Below are positions 49,581 to 60,600 of a stretch of 64,000 nucleotides of DNA, in pieces. How positions within the stretch are numbered: position 1 is the stretch's first letter; each line of letters begins with the position of its first letter. The notes beneath the pieces were generated by a model. The model had not been told where the DNA came from and searched no databases. It saw nothing but the letters and a program-made list of their open reading frames with translations. The position numbers and the translations under genes were made by a program. Origin of the DNA: Alphaproteobacteria bacterium (GTDB lineage: Bacteria > Pseudomonadota > Alphaproteobacteria > Bin95); assembly GCA_964291285.2 (NCBI GenBank), contig OZ219788.1, positions 732,973-796,972 of the forward strand, read 5' to 3'.

Positions 49581-49940
49581 ATGCCGGGTGCGGTAGCGGA
49601 AAAGAACGCCGTGGCGGAAAAGCTGGAGCTTTTGAAGGAGCGGGCCGCCATCAGGGCGGTCGATGTGGCCAACATACTGGGGACCACGCCCGAGACGGTG
49701 TCCAGATGGAAACAGGGACGCGCCTGGCCCAGGCCGGGCAAGGAAAGCCTGCTTGTCGATCTAGAATATATCGTGGAACGGCTTTCGGAATTCTATACCG
49801 AGCCGACGACCGCGCGGGCATGGTTGTATTCGAGGCACAAATACTTCGACGGCCTCCGGCCCGCCGACCTGATCCGGGAGGGACGAATCGACGAGGTCCT
49901 GGAAGCCATCCAGACGATGGCCGCGCCCACATACACGTAG
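49581..49940 (+). CDS. Xre/MbcA/ParS-type antitoxin (HTH plus DUF2384-like domain)
   Basis: HTH DVANILGTTPETVSRW; C-terminal ARAWLYSRH..FDG.RPADLI..GR..EV. Confidence 0.82.
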   Translation: MPGAVAEKNAVAEKLELLKERAAIRAVDVANILGTTPETVSRWKQGRAWPRPGKESLLVDLEYIVERLSEFYTEPTTARAWLYSRHKYFDGLRPADLIREGRIDEVLEAIQTMAAPTYT

Positions 49941-50006
49941 GTTCGGGGCAGCCATGGACAATGTTGTCATCCTCTGCCAGATAAACCAACCTCAAAGTGC
50001 TTCGTA

Positions 50007-51610
50007 TCACTTTGCTGCCCAAATCCGGGCCAAAAACTCCCTCGCTTCTTGTAGCTCTGAATCATCCTCAACATTTCGCTGTTCGAGCACTTCTTGGACC
50101 CACCTCGGGCCATGATTTCCCACAGTTTTACAGAAGCCCTCGACTTGCCCAACAGGAACAATCCATAACTTTGATGCGCTGCATAATGACTCTAATTGTT
50201 TGTACTGACTGGCCGCTTGACCTGCTGGGATCGCGTGAACGCCGGCCTGTTTCACTGCATCCCAAGGAGATGCTTTCCGAAACTGTGCCTGAATTCGTAA
50301 TCTCAGATTGCGGGGAAATGGCTCCGATTTCGGAACTTCTGTCAGAATTTTCTCTATTTCTCTTTTTATCTCCACTCCAGTCAACCAAGGCTTGTGCTGC
50401 TCAATTGACGACTTTACGCTACGCGCTAAACTTTCAATATTGTTCCAATTCCCTCCTAATGTTTCAATTATCTTCTTAAAAATATCAATATCATTCAGAA
50501 CATCCATGTCTACGATTATGTCCACTGGAACACCAAGTTGAATCAGCACGTTTGCCAGCGTGGCTATCCTATGCTTTCCATTAGCGTGAACAAATAATAC
50601 GTCTGGATATTGATCTCCATGAACCGCTGGTAAATTTAATATGGATCTGTAAAACATACAATCGGTATCTGAGTCGCAGATAATCACCCGTTCATGGAAA
50701 ACACCTGACATAATAGATGATTGCATCATTAGAGGGTCTCGACTCACTTCCTTGACAAGCTCTTTATCTAATTCGAGTGTGCGATTTATATTACCGTCCC
50801 TTTGCAATCTTAACACATGTAAATTTTTTGAGGCAGTTGTTATAAGCCCTTGCAATACATCAGGGCTATGAGTAGCGATAAATAGTTGCGATTCATTGGG
50901 TTTGTTCTGAGCTATGATTTCTCCAAGCAATCTAGCTTGTGGTGGGTGCAAAAAAGCTTCCGGTTCATCTAAAAGTAAGATGGAGGGGGTCGTAGGGGCT
51001 AATAAACATAATATTACACTTGCAAAACTCCTCATGCCATCCCCCTGTTCGTCGAGCGGTGTAGAGGAAGCTATGAGTCGTTCATTATAAGTTTTTGAGA
51101 GTCTATCTTCTCCGTGATTTAAGGTAGGTTTTTGTCCAACAAGAAGAGGAATTACGTTTCCACCTAAACGAAAGACAATAAGTTCTTCTCCAAATGCTTT
51201 TTGAAAATGATTGCTAATCGTATCTTCAAGTTCATCATTTTGATAGAGGAGGTGAATTGGATTGGAGGGGGTATCCGTTAAGGCGGCAAAAGAAGGAGCG
51301 GAATTGCTTTCAGTTATTCGAGTTTCCGTGCTAACTCTAGTGCAGAATAATGAAGCAAAGGGGTGAATTAAAGCTGGCCACATTGTTTTGATATCATCTC
51401 CCCCCATGTTAAAATTAAATTTCGGCCCCTTAATTAGTATGGAATTACTTTCGACAATAAGTTGTGTATGTAATTCCAGATAAGTGGCAAAATCATCAGC
51501 AGTACCAGTGTGATACAAGTTCGTAGATTTTATCACTTGATTGCGTGATTTTTATGGATTGATTGCTCTAATTCCTTTAATGCAACGCTTTTCCCAGCGT
51601 TGTTAGGTCC
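50007..51610 (-). pseudogene. OLD-type ABC ATPase-TOPRIM nuclease, disrupted
   Basis: Low GC. Main ORF 50007-51536 has QGDGMRS, LLDEPEAFLHP, ATHS and TOPRIM-like IICDSDTD/VDMD; Walker A GPNNAGKS is at 51587-51610 in another frame, abutting an IS5 end. Confidence 0.8.
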
Positions 51611-51717
51611 TGTGGACGGATTTGATCAAGATGAAGGCAGCGGCGAGTGCGACGAAGGAGCTGAAGTTTGTGGCGGTCTTTTCGCAGCGCAGGGCGATGC
51701 GTTTGAAGCGTTTGATT
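51603..51717 (-). mobile_element. IS5-family remnant (transposase C-terminus and right end)
   Basis: Minus strand encodes IKRFKRIALRCEKTATNFSSFVALAAAFILIKSVHRT*, ending GTCCACAGGACC-TAA. Confidence 0.8.
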
Positions 51718-52220
51718 TGAATGGCATGACGGATGATGGGTTGAATTAATACAGCAATTACAATCCATTACAGTGAGAACACAGGATATTTCCAGAAACG
51801 TATCAACACTATGTCATCACGAAGACCGCATCGTCGCGGAAAGCTGTGCGGGGAAGGCAACCCGCGGGTCTCATAAGGCTCGTGTTGCCCGGCGCCCCTC
51901 CAGCATTGAGAATGCGGACATGTGTCTCTGGAGCATTCATCCCGGGCATCTTGCCCCCCGCGGGCTGGCCGTGCTGTGGAGGAGTTGTCACGCAATTCGG
52001 AAACCCTGCGCGGACGCTCGAACGACCGGCAACAGCCGGATTCCCGGCGCTGCTCAGGCCTGCGCTGCCGACAGGGCCGACGAACGGCTCCCTGAGCCGA
52101 ACCGGGCCGTATGAACGGCGGATTGGCGGAAGGTTGGGTACCTCTGTCGGAATTGGGACTGCCGCAGCGCTTCTATGGCAAGGGTCGTCTCTTCGCTCGG
52201 CATGATCGGGACATGGAAAG

Positions 52221-52240
52221 TGTGGTATAGCATTTGCTAT
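52221..52240 (+). promoter_or_regulatory. Candidate operator overlapping a -10 element of the defence operon
   Basis: ATAGCA-TT-TGCTAT palindrome (52227-52240) overlapping TGG-TATAGC. Confidence 0.45.
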
Positions 52241-52302
52241 GTCGCACGAGATGGTCTAATCCTTGCGCCCCATGTAATCGAGAAACGACGGTGCGACCGG
52301 GA

Positions 52303-55300
52303 ATGGGCGACATTCCGGAAGACTATCCACTCCGGGTCAAGGACTTGCGTGGGCGGTTGGGGCTTACGCAGGCGCAGATGGCGGAGCGCGTCGGCGTGTC
52401 GTTCGCGACAGTGAACCGCTGGGAGAACAGCCAGTCCAGGCCCGGGCGCCTGGCGTGGCGCGGGATCGTCGATCTGGAAGCCGAGGTCCGGCACTTGACC
52501 CGGCCGGCCGAGCCGCCCGCCGCTTCGGCGACGCCAACACTCGACTTTGGCTCCGAGCCGGCAGCGGTGGCTGCCGTTGCGGCGGCGACGCGGCTCGCCT
52601 ACGGCCACCTGTCCAACCCGGCTTTCGCCAGCGAGATATCCTCGATCGACCCGTTGCCGCACCAGCGTATCGCCGTCTACGAGCACATGATCGGCCAGTC
52701 GCCGCTGCGGTTTCTCCTTGCCGACGACGCCGGCGCCGGAAAGACGATCATGACGGGGCTGTATCTCCGCGAGATGCTCGTGCGCCGGCTGATAACCCGT
52801 GTGCTTGTGGCGGCGCCGGCCGGACTGGTGGGCAACTGGGAACGCGAGATGCGCATGCTGTTCCGCCTCCCCTTCCGCATCGTGCGCGGCACCGACGCCC
52901 GCGCCGGGAACCCGTTCGCCGGACCGGGGAGCGACCGCATCGTCGTCAGCATCGACACGCTTGTCGGCGAGCGCATGTTCGGGCGCCTTCGCGAGGCGAT
53001 GGAATCGGGTGCCGCGCGTCCCTACGACCTCGTGGTGTTTGACGAGGCCCACAAGCTGGCCGCCGCCCGCGAGCAGGATTTCCGAGTCCGCAAGACCGAC
53101 CGCTACCGCCTCGCCGAAGCTCTGGCCGGCCTGCCCGTAGACTGTGCGCGCTGGCGCCTGGGCTGGTCGGCGCCGAACATCCTGCTGCTGACCGCGACGC
53201 CGCACATGGGCAAGGATTTCCCCTACTACTGCCTGTGGCGCCTGCTCGCGCCGGACGCGCTGGCGACCTTCGAGGCGTTCGCGGACTTCCCCGAAGCGCA
53301 GCGCCGCCGCCACTTCATCCGCCGCACCCGCCTGGACGAGGCCGTCGCGCTCGTCCGGGCGGGCCGCAGCGAGGAGCTGGAGCGGGGCCAGACCCGGCTC
53401 GGTAAGACACCGGATTTCTTCGAATCCCGCACCGCCGACGAGGAGGCGGACGACAGCGGCGAACGGGAGCGCCACGAGGAATTCGAAGAGGCCGCGCTCG
53501 GCGGTTTCGCCGCGCTCACCCTGACGCAACTCCGGGAGGAGCGGGCGGAGGTCGAGGTCCTTCTGTTCCAGGCGCGCCGCCTCGCCGAAGCTGGCGAGGA
53601 CTCCAAGTTCGAGAAGCTGCGCGCGGTCATGGGCGATCCGGCCTTCGCCCGGGAGAAGCTCATCGTCTTCACCGAGCACCGCGACACGGCGGCGTTTCTG
53701 GTGCGCCGCCTGGAAGGTCTCGGCTTCGCCGGGCGGGTCGCCCTGGTCCACGGCGGGCTGGACTACCGCGCGCGCGAGGCGCAGGTGGAACTGTTCCGGC
53801 GTCCGGCGGAGCGCGGCGGCGCCAGCTATCTGGTCGCGACCGATGCCGCCGGCGAGGGCATCAATCTCCAGTTCTGCTGGCTGATGGTGAATTACGACCT
53901 GCCCTGGAACCCGGCGCGGCTGGAGCAGAGGATGGGGCGCATCCACCGCTACGGGCAGACGCGCGACCCGGTGGTGATCGTCAACCTGGTCGCCGGGGAG
54001 ACGCGCGAAGGCCGGGTCCTCAAGGTGCTGCTCGACAAGCTCGAGGCGATCCGCAAGGAACTCCGCTCGGACAAGGTGTTCGATGTCGTCGGGCACCTGT
54101 TCGAGAATCTGCCGCTCAAGGACTATCTGGAGCAGGCGGTGACGGAGGCTGGCGCCCGCGCCGCTGTCGAGGCGTTCGAGGCCAATCTGACGCCGGAACG
54201 GGCGGTCGCCATTGAAGCGCGGGAGCGTGGCCTCTACGGCAGCGGCGAGGTCCGCGCCCGCCTTCCCGAACTCAACGCGACCATGGAGCGGGAACAGTAT
54301 CGCCGCCTGCTCCCCGGCCATGTCCGCCACTTCGTCGAGACCGCGGCCCCCTTGATCGACCTGCGGCTGGAGGGCGACGCGGGCGGCGTGTTCGACTTCG
54401 TGCCCCAACGCCCGCGCGCCGCCGACGATATGCGCGCCGCGATGGACGTCTACCCCGAAGCGATGCGGGGCCGGTTGACGTTCCAGCGTCCGGAATCTGG
54501 CGGCGACACCATCTGGATGCATCCCGGCGAGCCGGTGTTCGAGTGCTTTCACGCCGCTCTGCTGGCGCGCCACGGCGGCGAGGCGCTGCGCGGCGCGATA
54601 TTCGTCGATCCCCACGCCGAGGAACCCTACCTCTTTCACCTGGCCCGGGTCTCGGTGGTGCGGCGCGGCCGGAACCGGGTGGAGACGGTCGAGATACGCC
54701 CGGTCGGGCTGCGGCAGGAGAGCGACGGCGCCGTTTCGCCCTGCCCGCCGGAGCATCTGCTCTTGTTGCGCGGCATTGGCGGCGTCGCGCCCGGCAGCAT
54801 ACCGCTGGCCCGCGCGGCGCACAGGCTCACGGAGAACGCCAGGGCGTCGCTGAAGGAGACTGCACTGCGCATGGCGGCGAAACATCGCGTGCGCCTTGAG
54901 GAGGCGCTGCCGGAACGGCGCCGTTGGACCGCGCGCGGCTACGACTACAAGACCGCCGAATTGATGACGAGGCGCCGGAGCATGAGCGGGGAGGCCCGCC
55001 AGGGCGATTCGCAAGCGCAAGCGGAGCTCGCCATCGTGAAGGAAGAGCAGAACCGCCTGGTCGCGGAGCAGCGCTGCCATCTGGCGGCGCTGGAGGCGGA
55101 GCCTGCCTCGATCGGGCCCGGCGAGGCAGCGATGATCGCCCATGCACTGGTCCTGCCGACCGGTGACCCGGAAGAGCGGCAGCGGCACGACGCCGAAGTC
55201 GAGGCGATCGCCATGGCCCATGCGCGCGCCCATGAGGAAGCGGCGGGGGCTTCGGTTCGAGACGTGTCGCGGCCCGCGCTGGCGCGGCGCGCCGGCTTGG

Positions 55301-55611
55301 GCGACTGGCCCGGCTTCGACCTTCGTTCGCTGCGCCCGGCCGGAGCGGGCGGGCCGGCCGAGGACCGCGCCATAGAGGTCAAGGGCCGCGCCGGATCGGG
55401 CGCGGTGGAAGTGAGCGAAAACGAATGGGCGGCGGCCTGCAACCTGCGCGAGCGCTACTGGCTCTATGTCGTCTTCGATTGCGCCGGGCCGCGCCCCCGC
55501 CTGGTCAGGGTGCGCGACCCCTTCGGCCGCCTGCTGGCCCGGACGAAAGGCGGCGTCGTCATCTCGGCGTCGGAAATCTTGTCGGCAAGCACGGACGAGA
55601 GGGTGGCGTAA
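52303..55611 (+). CDS. XRE-HTH / SNF2 helicase / DUF3883 nuclease fusion protein
   Basis: LTQAQMAERVGVSFATVNRWE; LADDAGAGKT, DEAH, TATPH, GEGINLQ, WNPARLEQRMGRIHRYGQ; C-terminal GFDLRS...IEVKGR...SENEW. Confidence 0.92.
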   Translation: MGDIPEDYPLRVKDLRGRLGLTQAQMAERVGVSFATVNRWENSQSRPGRLAWRGIVDLEAEVRHLTRPAEPPAASATPTLDFGSEPAAVAAVAAATRLAYGHLSNPAFASEISSIDPLPHQRIAVYEHMIGQSPLRFLLADDAGAGKTIMTGLYLREMLVRRLITRVLVAAPAGLVGNWEREMRMLFRLPFRIVRGTDARAGNPFAGPGSDRIVVSIDTLVGERMFGRLREAMESGAARPYDLVVFDEAHKLAAAREQDFRVRKTDRYRLAEALAGLPVDCARWRLGWSAPNILLLTATPHMGKDFPYYCLWRLLAPDALATFEAFADFPEAQRRRHFIRRTRLDEAVALVRAGRSEELERGQTRLGKTPDFFESRTADEEADDSGERERHEEFEEAALGGFAALTLTQLREERAEVEVLLFQARRLAEAGEDSKFEKLRAVMGDPAFAREKLIVFTEHRDTAAFLVRRLEGLGFAGRVALVHGGLDYRAREAQVELFRRPAERGGASYLVATDAAGEGINLQFCWLMVNYDLPWNPARLEQRMGRIHRYGQTRDPVVIVNLVAGETREGRVLKVLLDKLEAIRKELRSDKVFDVVGHLFENLPLKDYLEQAVTEAGARAAVEAFEANLTPERAVAIEARERGLYGSGEVRARLPELNATMEREQYRRLLPGHVRHFVETAAPLIDLRLEGDAGGVFDFVPQRPRAADDMRAAMDVYPEAMRGRLTFQRPESGGDTIWMHPGEPVFECFHAALLARHGGEALRGAIFVDPHAEEPYLFHLARVSVVRRGRNRVETVEIRPVGLRQESDGAVSPCPPEHLLLLRGIGGVAPGSIPLARAAHRLTENARASLKETALRMAAKHRVRLEEALPERRRWTARGYDYKTAELMTRRRSMSGEARQGDSQAQAELAIVKEEQNRLVAEQRCHLAALEAEPASIGPGEAAMIAHALVLPTGDPEERQRHDAEVEAIAMAHARAHEEAAGASVRDVSRPALARRAGLGDWPGFDLRSLRPAGAGGPAEDRAIEVKGRAGSGAVEVSENEWAAACNLRERYWLYVVFDCAGPRPRLVRVRDPFGRLLARTKGGVVISASEILSASTDERVA

Positions 55612-57545
55612 TGCCGTGGAATGACGATTTACACGGTGCCGCGCTTAACATTGCTGCGTCAGACGCATCACCCCTGCGTGTACGTGCAGGCCCTGGCACC
55701 GGCAAGACTTTTACGTTGATGCGCCGGATCGCGCGTTTCCTGGAGCAGGGAATCGAACCAGAGCGCATTCTTGTATGTACATTTACTCGGACAGCCGCGG
55801 CTGATCTGAAAGAAGCCGTCGTTGCGTTGAATGCGCCTGGAGCAGATAGTGTAAAAACGACTACCATCCATGGCCATTGTTTCGGAATCCTCATGCGAGA
55901 TGATGTTTTGGCTTCGACCTCTCGGGTTCCTCGGCCGCTATTGGAGTTTGAGCGGCGCTTTCTCTTGGAGGATCTACCGGGAAACGCCTTCGGCACGATC
56001 CACGGCAAGCGGAAACGGCTCATGGCCTTTGAGGCGGCTTGGGCGAGACTCCAAGACGAGCAGCCAGGTTGGCCAAACGATGCAACGGATAAGGCTTTCC
56101 AAGCCGCGCTTCTTGATTGGTTGCGCTTTCATGGGGCAATGTTGATCGGCGAACTTGTACCGGAAGTCTTGCGTTATCTTCGGAACAACCCCGCGGCACG
56201 GGACTTTGATCAGTTCACGGAGATTCTCGTTGACGAGTATCAAGACCTGAACGTCGCCGAGCAGGAGGTGATCGATCTACTTGCCATAGACGCGAAGTTG
56301 ACAGTTATTGGTGACGAAGATCAATCGATCTATTCTTTCAAGTGCGCACACCCGGAAGGGATCGAGGAGTTTGACCTGAGAAATACCGGAACTGCAGACG
56401 AAACGTTGGAGGTATTTCGGCGGTGCCCAACCACAATTGTCGCACCGGCCAATGAATTAATCAGCAACAATAACGATAGAGTCAATCGATCTCTGTTGCC
56501 GCATGTGGAAAACGGCCAAGGGGAAGTCCATATCGTCCAATGGACAGATATCGAGGCGGAGGCGAACGGGTTAGCTCAATTCATCCGACAGCGTATCGTC
56601 GATGAACGAGTCCATCCCGGTCGGGTTCTCGTTCTCGCTCCACGCCGGGTGTTCGGCTATGCGGTTCGTGATGCCTTGACGGCGCTAGATGTGCCGGCCC
56701 ACAGCTTCTTTCAGGAACAGGCGCTCGAAGGCGATCCAAAGAGCAGGGACGGTAGCAAGAAGCAGCAGGTATTTACCCTTTTGACGCTTGCGGCCGATCC
56801 AACTGACGCAGCAGCGCTTCGCTGCTGGTGCGGTTTCGGCAATCACTCTCTTCACGCCCCCGCTTGGGGACGGATTCGCGAATTGTGTCAGCAACCGGAC
56901 CATTCCCTAACGGATGTGCTTGAAGGCATTCGGGATGAGCGCATTTCGTTGTGTTATGGCAACTCTCTCCGCGACAGGCTTTCTGAACTTCGACAGCGGC
57001 TACAGGTTCTTGAGAATTTGGTTGGCCAAGCTTTTGTGGATGCATTGTTTCCAGCGGACGACTCCGACTTTGAGGAGCTTCGCGAACTGACTTCTAGTCT
57101 TCCTGAGGGTGCCGATGCCAAATCTCTCCTGGATATACTTCGCACACGCATCACCCAACCTGAATTGCCGACAGATGTCAATTATGTTCGCGTAATGAGT
57201 CTGCACAAATCAAAGGGTCTGACCGCCGATCTCGTAATCGTGATGGGTTGTGTTGAAGGACTAACTTCACACGTTGGTGATTCGCTATCGGAGGCAGAGA
57301 AGAACAAGGATCTCGAAGAACAACGGCGACTGTTCTATGTTGCCGTGACTCGTTCACGTGATACACTAATTCTGTCGAGCGTCACACACTTGCCTCGAAA
57401 CTTGGCTTATCAACTTAAAGTGCGTATAACCGGTCGAAAGAATGTTGTTCCGACCATTACCTCACGCTTCATCCACGAGCTGGGTCCTAGAAGACCGAAT
57501 CCGGTCAAAGGCGCGCAACTGCTCGAAACAGGGATTGGCGTATGA
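55611..57545 (+). CDS. UvrD/Rep superfamily 1 helicase
   Basis: AGPGTGKT, TFTRTAA, VDEYQD, GDEDQSIYSF, SLHKSKGL, EQRRLFYVAVTR motifs; TAATG overlap with upstream gene; lower GC than neighbours. Confidence 0.92.
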   Translation: MPWNDDLHGAALNIAASDASPLRVRAGPGTGKTFTLMRRIARFLEQGIEPERILVCTFTRTAAADLKEAVVALNAPGADSVKTTTIHGHCFGILMRDDVLASTSRVPRPLLEFERRFLLEDLPGNAFGTIHGKRKRLMAFEAAWARLQDEQPGWPNDATDKAFQAALLDWLRFHGAMLIGELVPEVLRYLRNNPAARDFDQFTEILVDEYQDLNVAEQEVIDLLAIDAKLTVIGDEDQSIYSFKCAHPEGIEEFDLRNTGTADETLEVFRRCPTTIVAPANELISNNNDRVNRSLLPHVENGQGEVHIVQWTDIEAEANGLAQFIRQRIVDERVHPGRVLVLAPRRVFGYAVRDALTALDVPAHSFFQEQALEGDPKSRDGSKKQQVFTLLTLAADPTDAAALRCWCGFGNHSLHAPAWGRIRELCQQPDHSLTDVLEGIRDERISLCYGNSLRDRLSELRQRLQVLENLVGQAFVDALFPADDSDFEELRELTSSLPEGADAKSLLDILRTRITQPELPTDVNYVRVMSLHKSKGLTADLVIVMGCVEGLTSHVGDSLSEAEKNKDLEEQRRLFYVAVTRSRDTLILSSVTHLPRNLAYQLKVRITGRKNVVPTITSRFIHELGPRRPNPVKGAQLLETGIGV

Positions 57546-57616
57546 CCGCGCGCCGCAAGATTCTGATCATCACCGGGCCGACCGGACCCGCACAGCCGCG
57601 CGGCGCCGCCCCATGA
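57542..57616 (+). CDS. 24-aa bridging mini-ORF MTARRKILIITGPTGPAQPRGAAP
   Basis: ATGA overlaps with both the UvrD stop and the methylase start. Confidence 0.45.
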   Translation: MTARRKILIITGPTGPAQPRGAAP

Positions 57617-60600
57617 CCGCCGAGCGCGACACCCGCCTGATCGAGGTGGATTTTCCGCTGGAGCGGGTCTCGATCGACTCCGTGCATGAGAAGAACGTCC
57701 GGCACGGGCATATCTCGACCCTGCATATCTGGCCGGCGCGGCGACCCTTGGCGGCGTGCCGGGCGGCGCTGGTGGCGACGCTGCTGCCCGATCCCGGTGA
57801 TGCGGCGGCACGGCAGGCCCTCTACAGCCGGCTGGCGGGCGAGGTCATCGAGACGGTCAAGGCCGAACGCCGCGGCGGCCGCGCGTTGGATCAGCACCGA
57901 CGCGAGACCTCAGGCGGCCTGCTGCACTGGGGGCGCGAGGACGGCCCGGACCTGCAATGGTTCCGCGAGCGCATCCGCCAGGCCCATGGCGGACGCGCGC
58001 CCAGGGTGCTGGACCCGTTCGCCGGCGGCGGCGCGATTCCGTTGGAGGCGATGCGGCTGGGCTGCGAGGCCACCGCCATCGACATCAACCCGGTCGCCTG
58101 GTTCATCCTGAAATGCACGCTCGACTATCCGTACCGCCTTGCTGGCGAGGCCCTCCCGCTGCCTGATTTTGCGCGCGCCGACAGCGACTTCATGGCGGCG
58201 TTCCTCAAGGCCAGGGGGTTCAAGGGCAAGGCCCTGGCCCGCCAACTTGCCGCGCTCGGCCTAGGCGAGGACGCTGGCGATGCGGAGCCGGGGCTGCTCG
58301 ACGACGCCCCGGAAACCGGCGGCGATCTTCTCCAGGCCGACCTCGCCTGGCAGTTGCGCGCCTGGGGCCGATATGTGCTGGCCCGCGTCCGCGCGGCGCT
58401 GGCGGAGCGCTATCCCACCTATGCCGAATTCCAGGCGCTCGTGCCCGGCGGCAAGTCCTGTGAGGAACGGCCGCTCGCGCTGCTGGCGCCGGATGAAAGG
58501 GGCGAGACTGACGCCGGGCCATTGAACGACAGGTTCGACGGGGCACATCTGGAGGACCCGCGCAACCCGCGCTGGGTGCCGAAACCGACAGTGGCGTATC
58601 TGTGGGCGCGCACGGTGCGCTGCAAGGGCTGCCGGGCGACATTGCCCCTGCTCAAGACGCGCTGGCTCTGCAAGAAGGACAACAAGCGTATCCTGCTCAC
58701 GATGGCGTCGAACGCGGACGGCACCGGCGTCGATTTCGGCGTCGAGACCGACGTGCCACGGGCTGGCGGCAATGCGGCGCAGCAGCGCGAGCACGACAAA
58801 CGGCTCGGCGCAGGCACGATGAGCCGCAGCGGTGCGCGCTGCCCTTGCTGCCCAACGATCATGACCATGGAGGATATCCGCCTCGAAGGCCGCGCCGGGC
58901 GGCTGGGCGCTATCATGACCGCCGTGGTCGTGGACGGGCCGAAGGGCAAGGAATACCGGCTGCCGCAAGACGAGGAACTGCGCGCCGCGGAAGTCTCCGC
59001 CGACGAACTGGAAGCGCTGTATGCCGACATTCCCTTCGGGCTGCCGATGGAGCTAACACCGCGCCAGGGGCGGGGCGCTGCCCGCGCCTTCTCGGTGGAG
59101 AATTACGGCCTCGACCGCTGGGGCAAGCTGTTCACCGACCGGCAGCTTCTGGCGCTGGGTTCGGTGCTGCGGGAGATGCGCCGGTGCGCCGACGCGATGG
59201 CGGACCTCCCGCCAGAATGGCGGGAGGCTATCCTGGCCTGTCTGGCCCCGTCGCTCGGCCGCCTCGCCGACCGGGGCAGCGCGCTTGCGACCTGGACCAA
59301 CGACCCGGAGAAAATCCGCAGCACGTTCGCTCGTTTCGCGCTGCCCGTCGTCTGGGACTTCGCCGAATCCTGTCCGCTAGCCGACACCACCGGCGGCTTC
59401 GTCCAGGCCGTCGAGTGGATCGCCCGCGTCGTCGAACATCTGCAAGACGCGACAAACGGCGCGCCCAGCGTAACGGTGCTGCGGCAGTCGGCCCTCGCAT
59501 CCGTTCCCGGCGGTTTCGACGCCATCGTCACGGACCCGCCCTATTACGACGCCATCCCCTATTCGGACCTGATGGATTTCTTCCATGTCTGGCTGCGCCG
59601 GGCGCTGCATGGCGTCGTGCCGGACGCCGAACCGGCGTTCGCCGACCCTCTCGGCCCGAAATGGAATGCGGCCGGCAGCGACGGCGAACTGATCGACGAC
59701 GCCAGCCGGTTCGGCGGCGACCGGGCGGCGTCCAAGCAGGCCTATGAAGACGGCATGGCCCGCGCCTTCCAGGCCTGCCACGAGGCGCTGAAGCCGGAGG
59801 GCCGGCTGGTCGTCGTCTTCGCGAACAAGTCCCCCGACGCCTGGGAGACCCTGGTCGCGGCGCTGATCCGCGCCGGGTTCGTCGTCACCGGCTCCTGGCC
59901 GATCCAGACCGAGATGCAGACCCGGCAGCGTTCGCTGTCCTCTGCCGCCCTCGCCTCCTCGGTCTGGCTCGTCTGCCGCAAGCGCCCGCCGGCCCGGCCG
60001 GGCTGGGACAGCGCGGTGCTGGCCGAGATGCGCGAGAACATCGTGCGGCGGCTGCGCGGCTTCTGGGATGCCGGCATCCGCGGGCCGGACTTCGTGTGGG
60101 CCGCGACGGGGCCGGCGCTCGAAGCCTTCTCCCGGCATCCGGCGGTGAAGAAGGCCGATGCGCCCGGCGAGACCATGGCGGTCTCCGAATTCCTGCGCGA
60201 GGTGCGCCGCATGGTGGTCGATTTCGTCGTCGGCCGGGTGCTGACCGGCGACGGCGACCCCGAGGCGGTGCGCGGCCTCGATGATGTGACGACCTATTAC
60301 CTGCTGCACCGCGGCGATTTCGGCCTGGGCGAGGCCCCCGCCGGGGCCTGCATCCTCTATGCGCTGTCCTGCAACCTGTCCGACCGCGACCTCTCCGACC
60401 GATTCGCCATCCTGTCACGACCTGGCCGCGTCCAATCCGACGAATCAGATGACGACGGGACCGGCGAGGAAGACGAGGACGGCGGCGGCGCTGCGGGTGC
60501 CGGCGGCGGGGGCGGCAAGGCGAAGCTGCTGCCCTGGAACCGGCGCAAGGCCAGAGGGCTGGGACTCGAAGGTCCGGGCGGGCGCCCCGCGCCGCTGATC

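Noticed and set aside
51770-52200. Short ORFs and hairpins between the IS5 remnant and the SNF2 gene
   Set aside because: No recognisable protein or RNA family features; cannot be supported
50007-57545. Gabija system (OLD nuclease plus UvrD)
   Set aside because: Genes are on opposite strands, 4 kb apart, differ in composition, and the nuclease is disrupted
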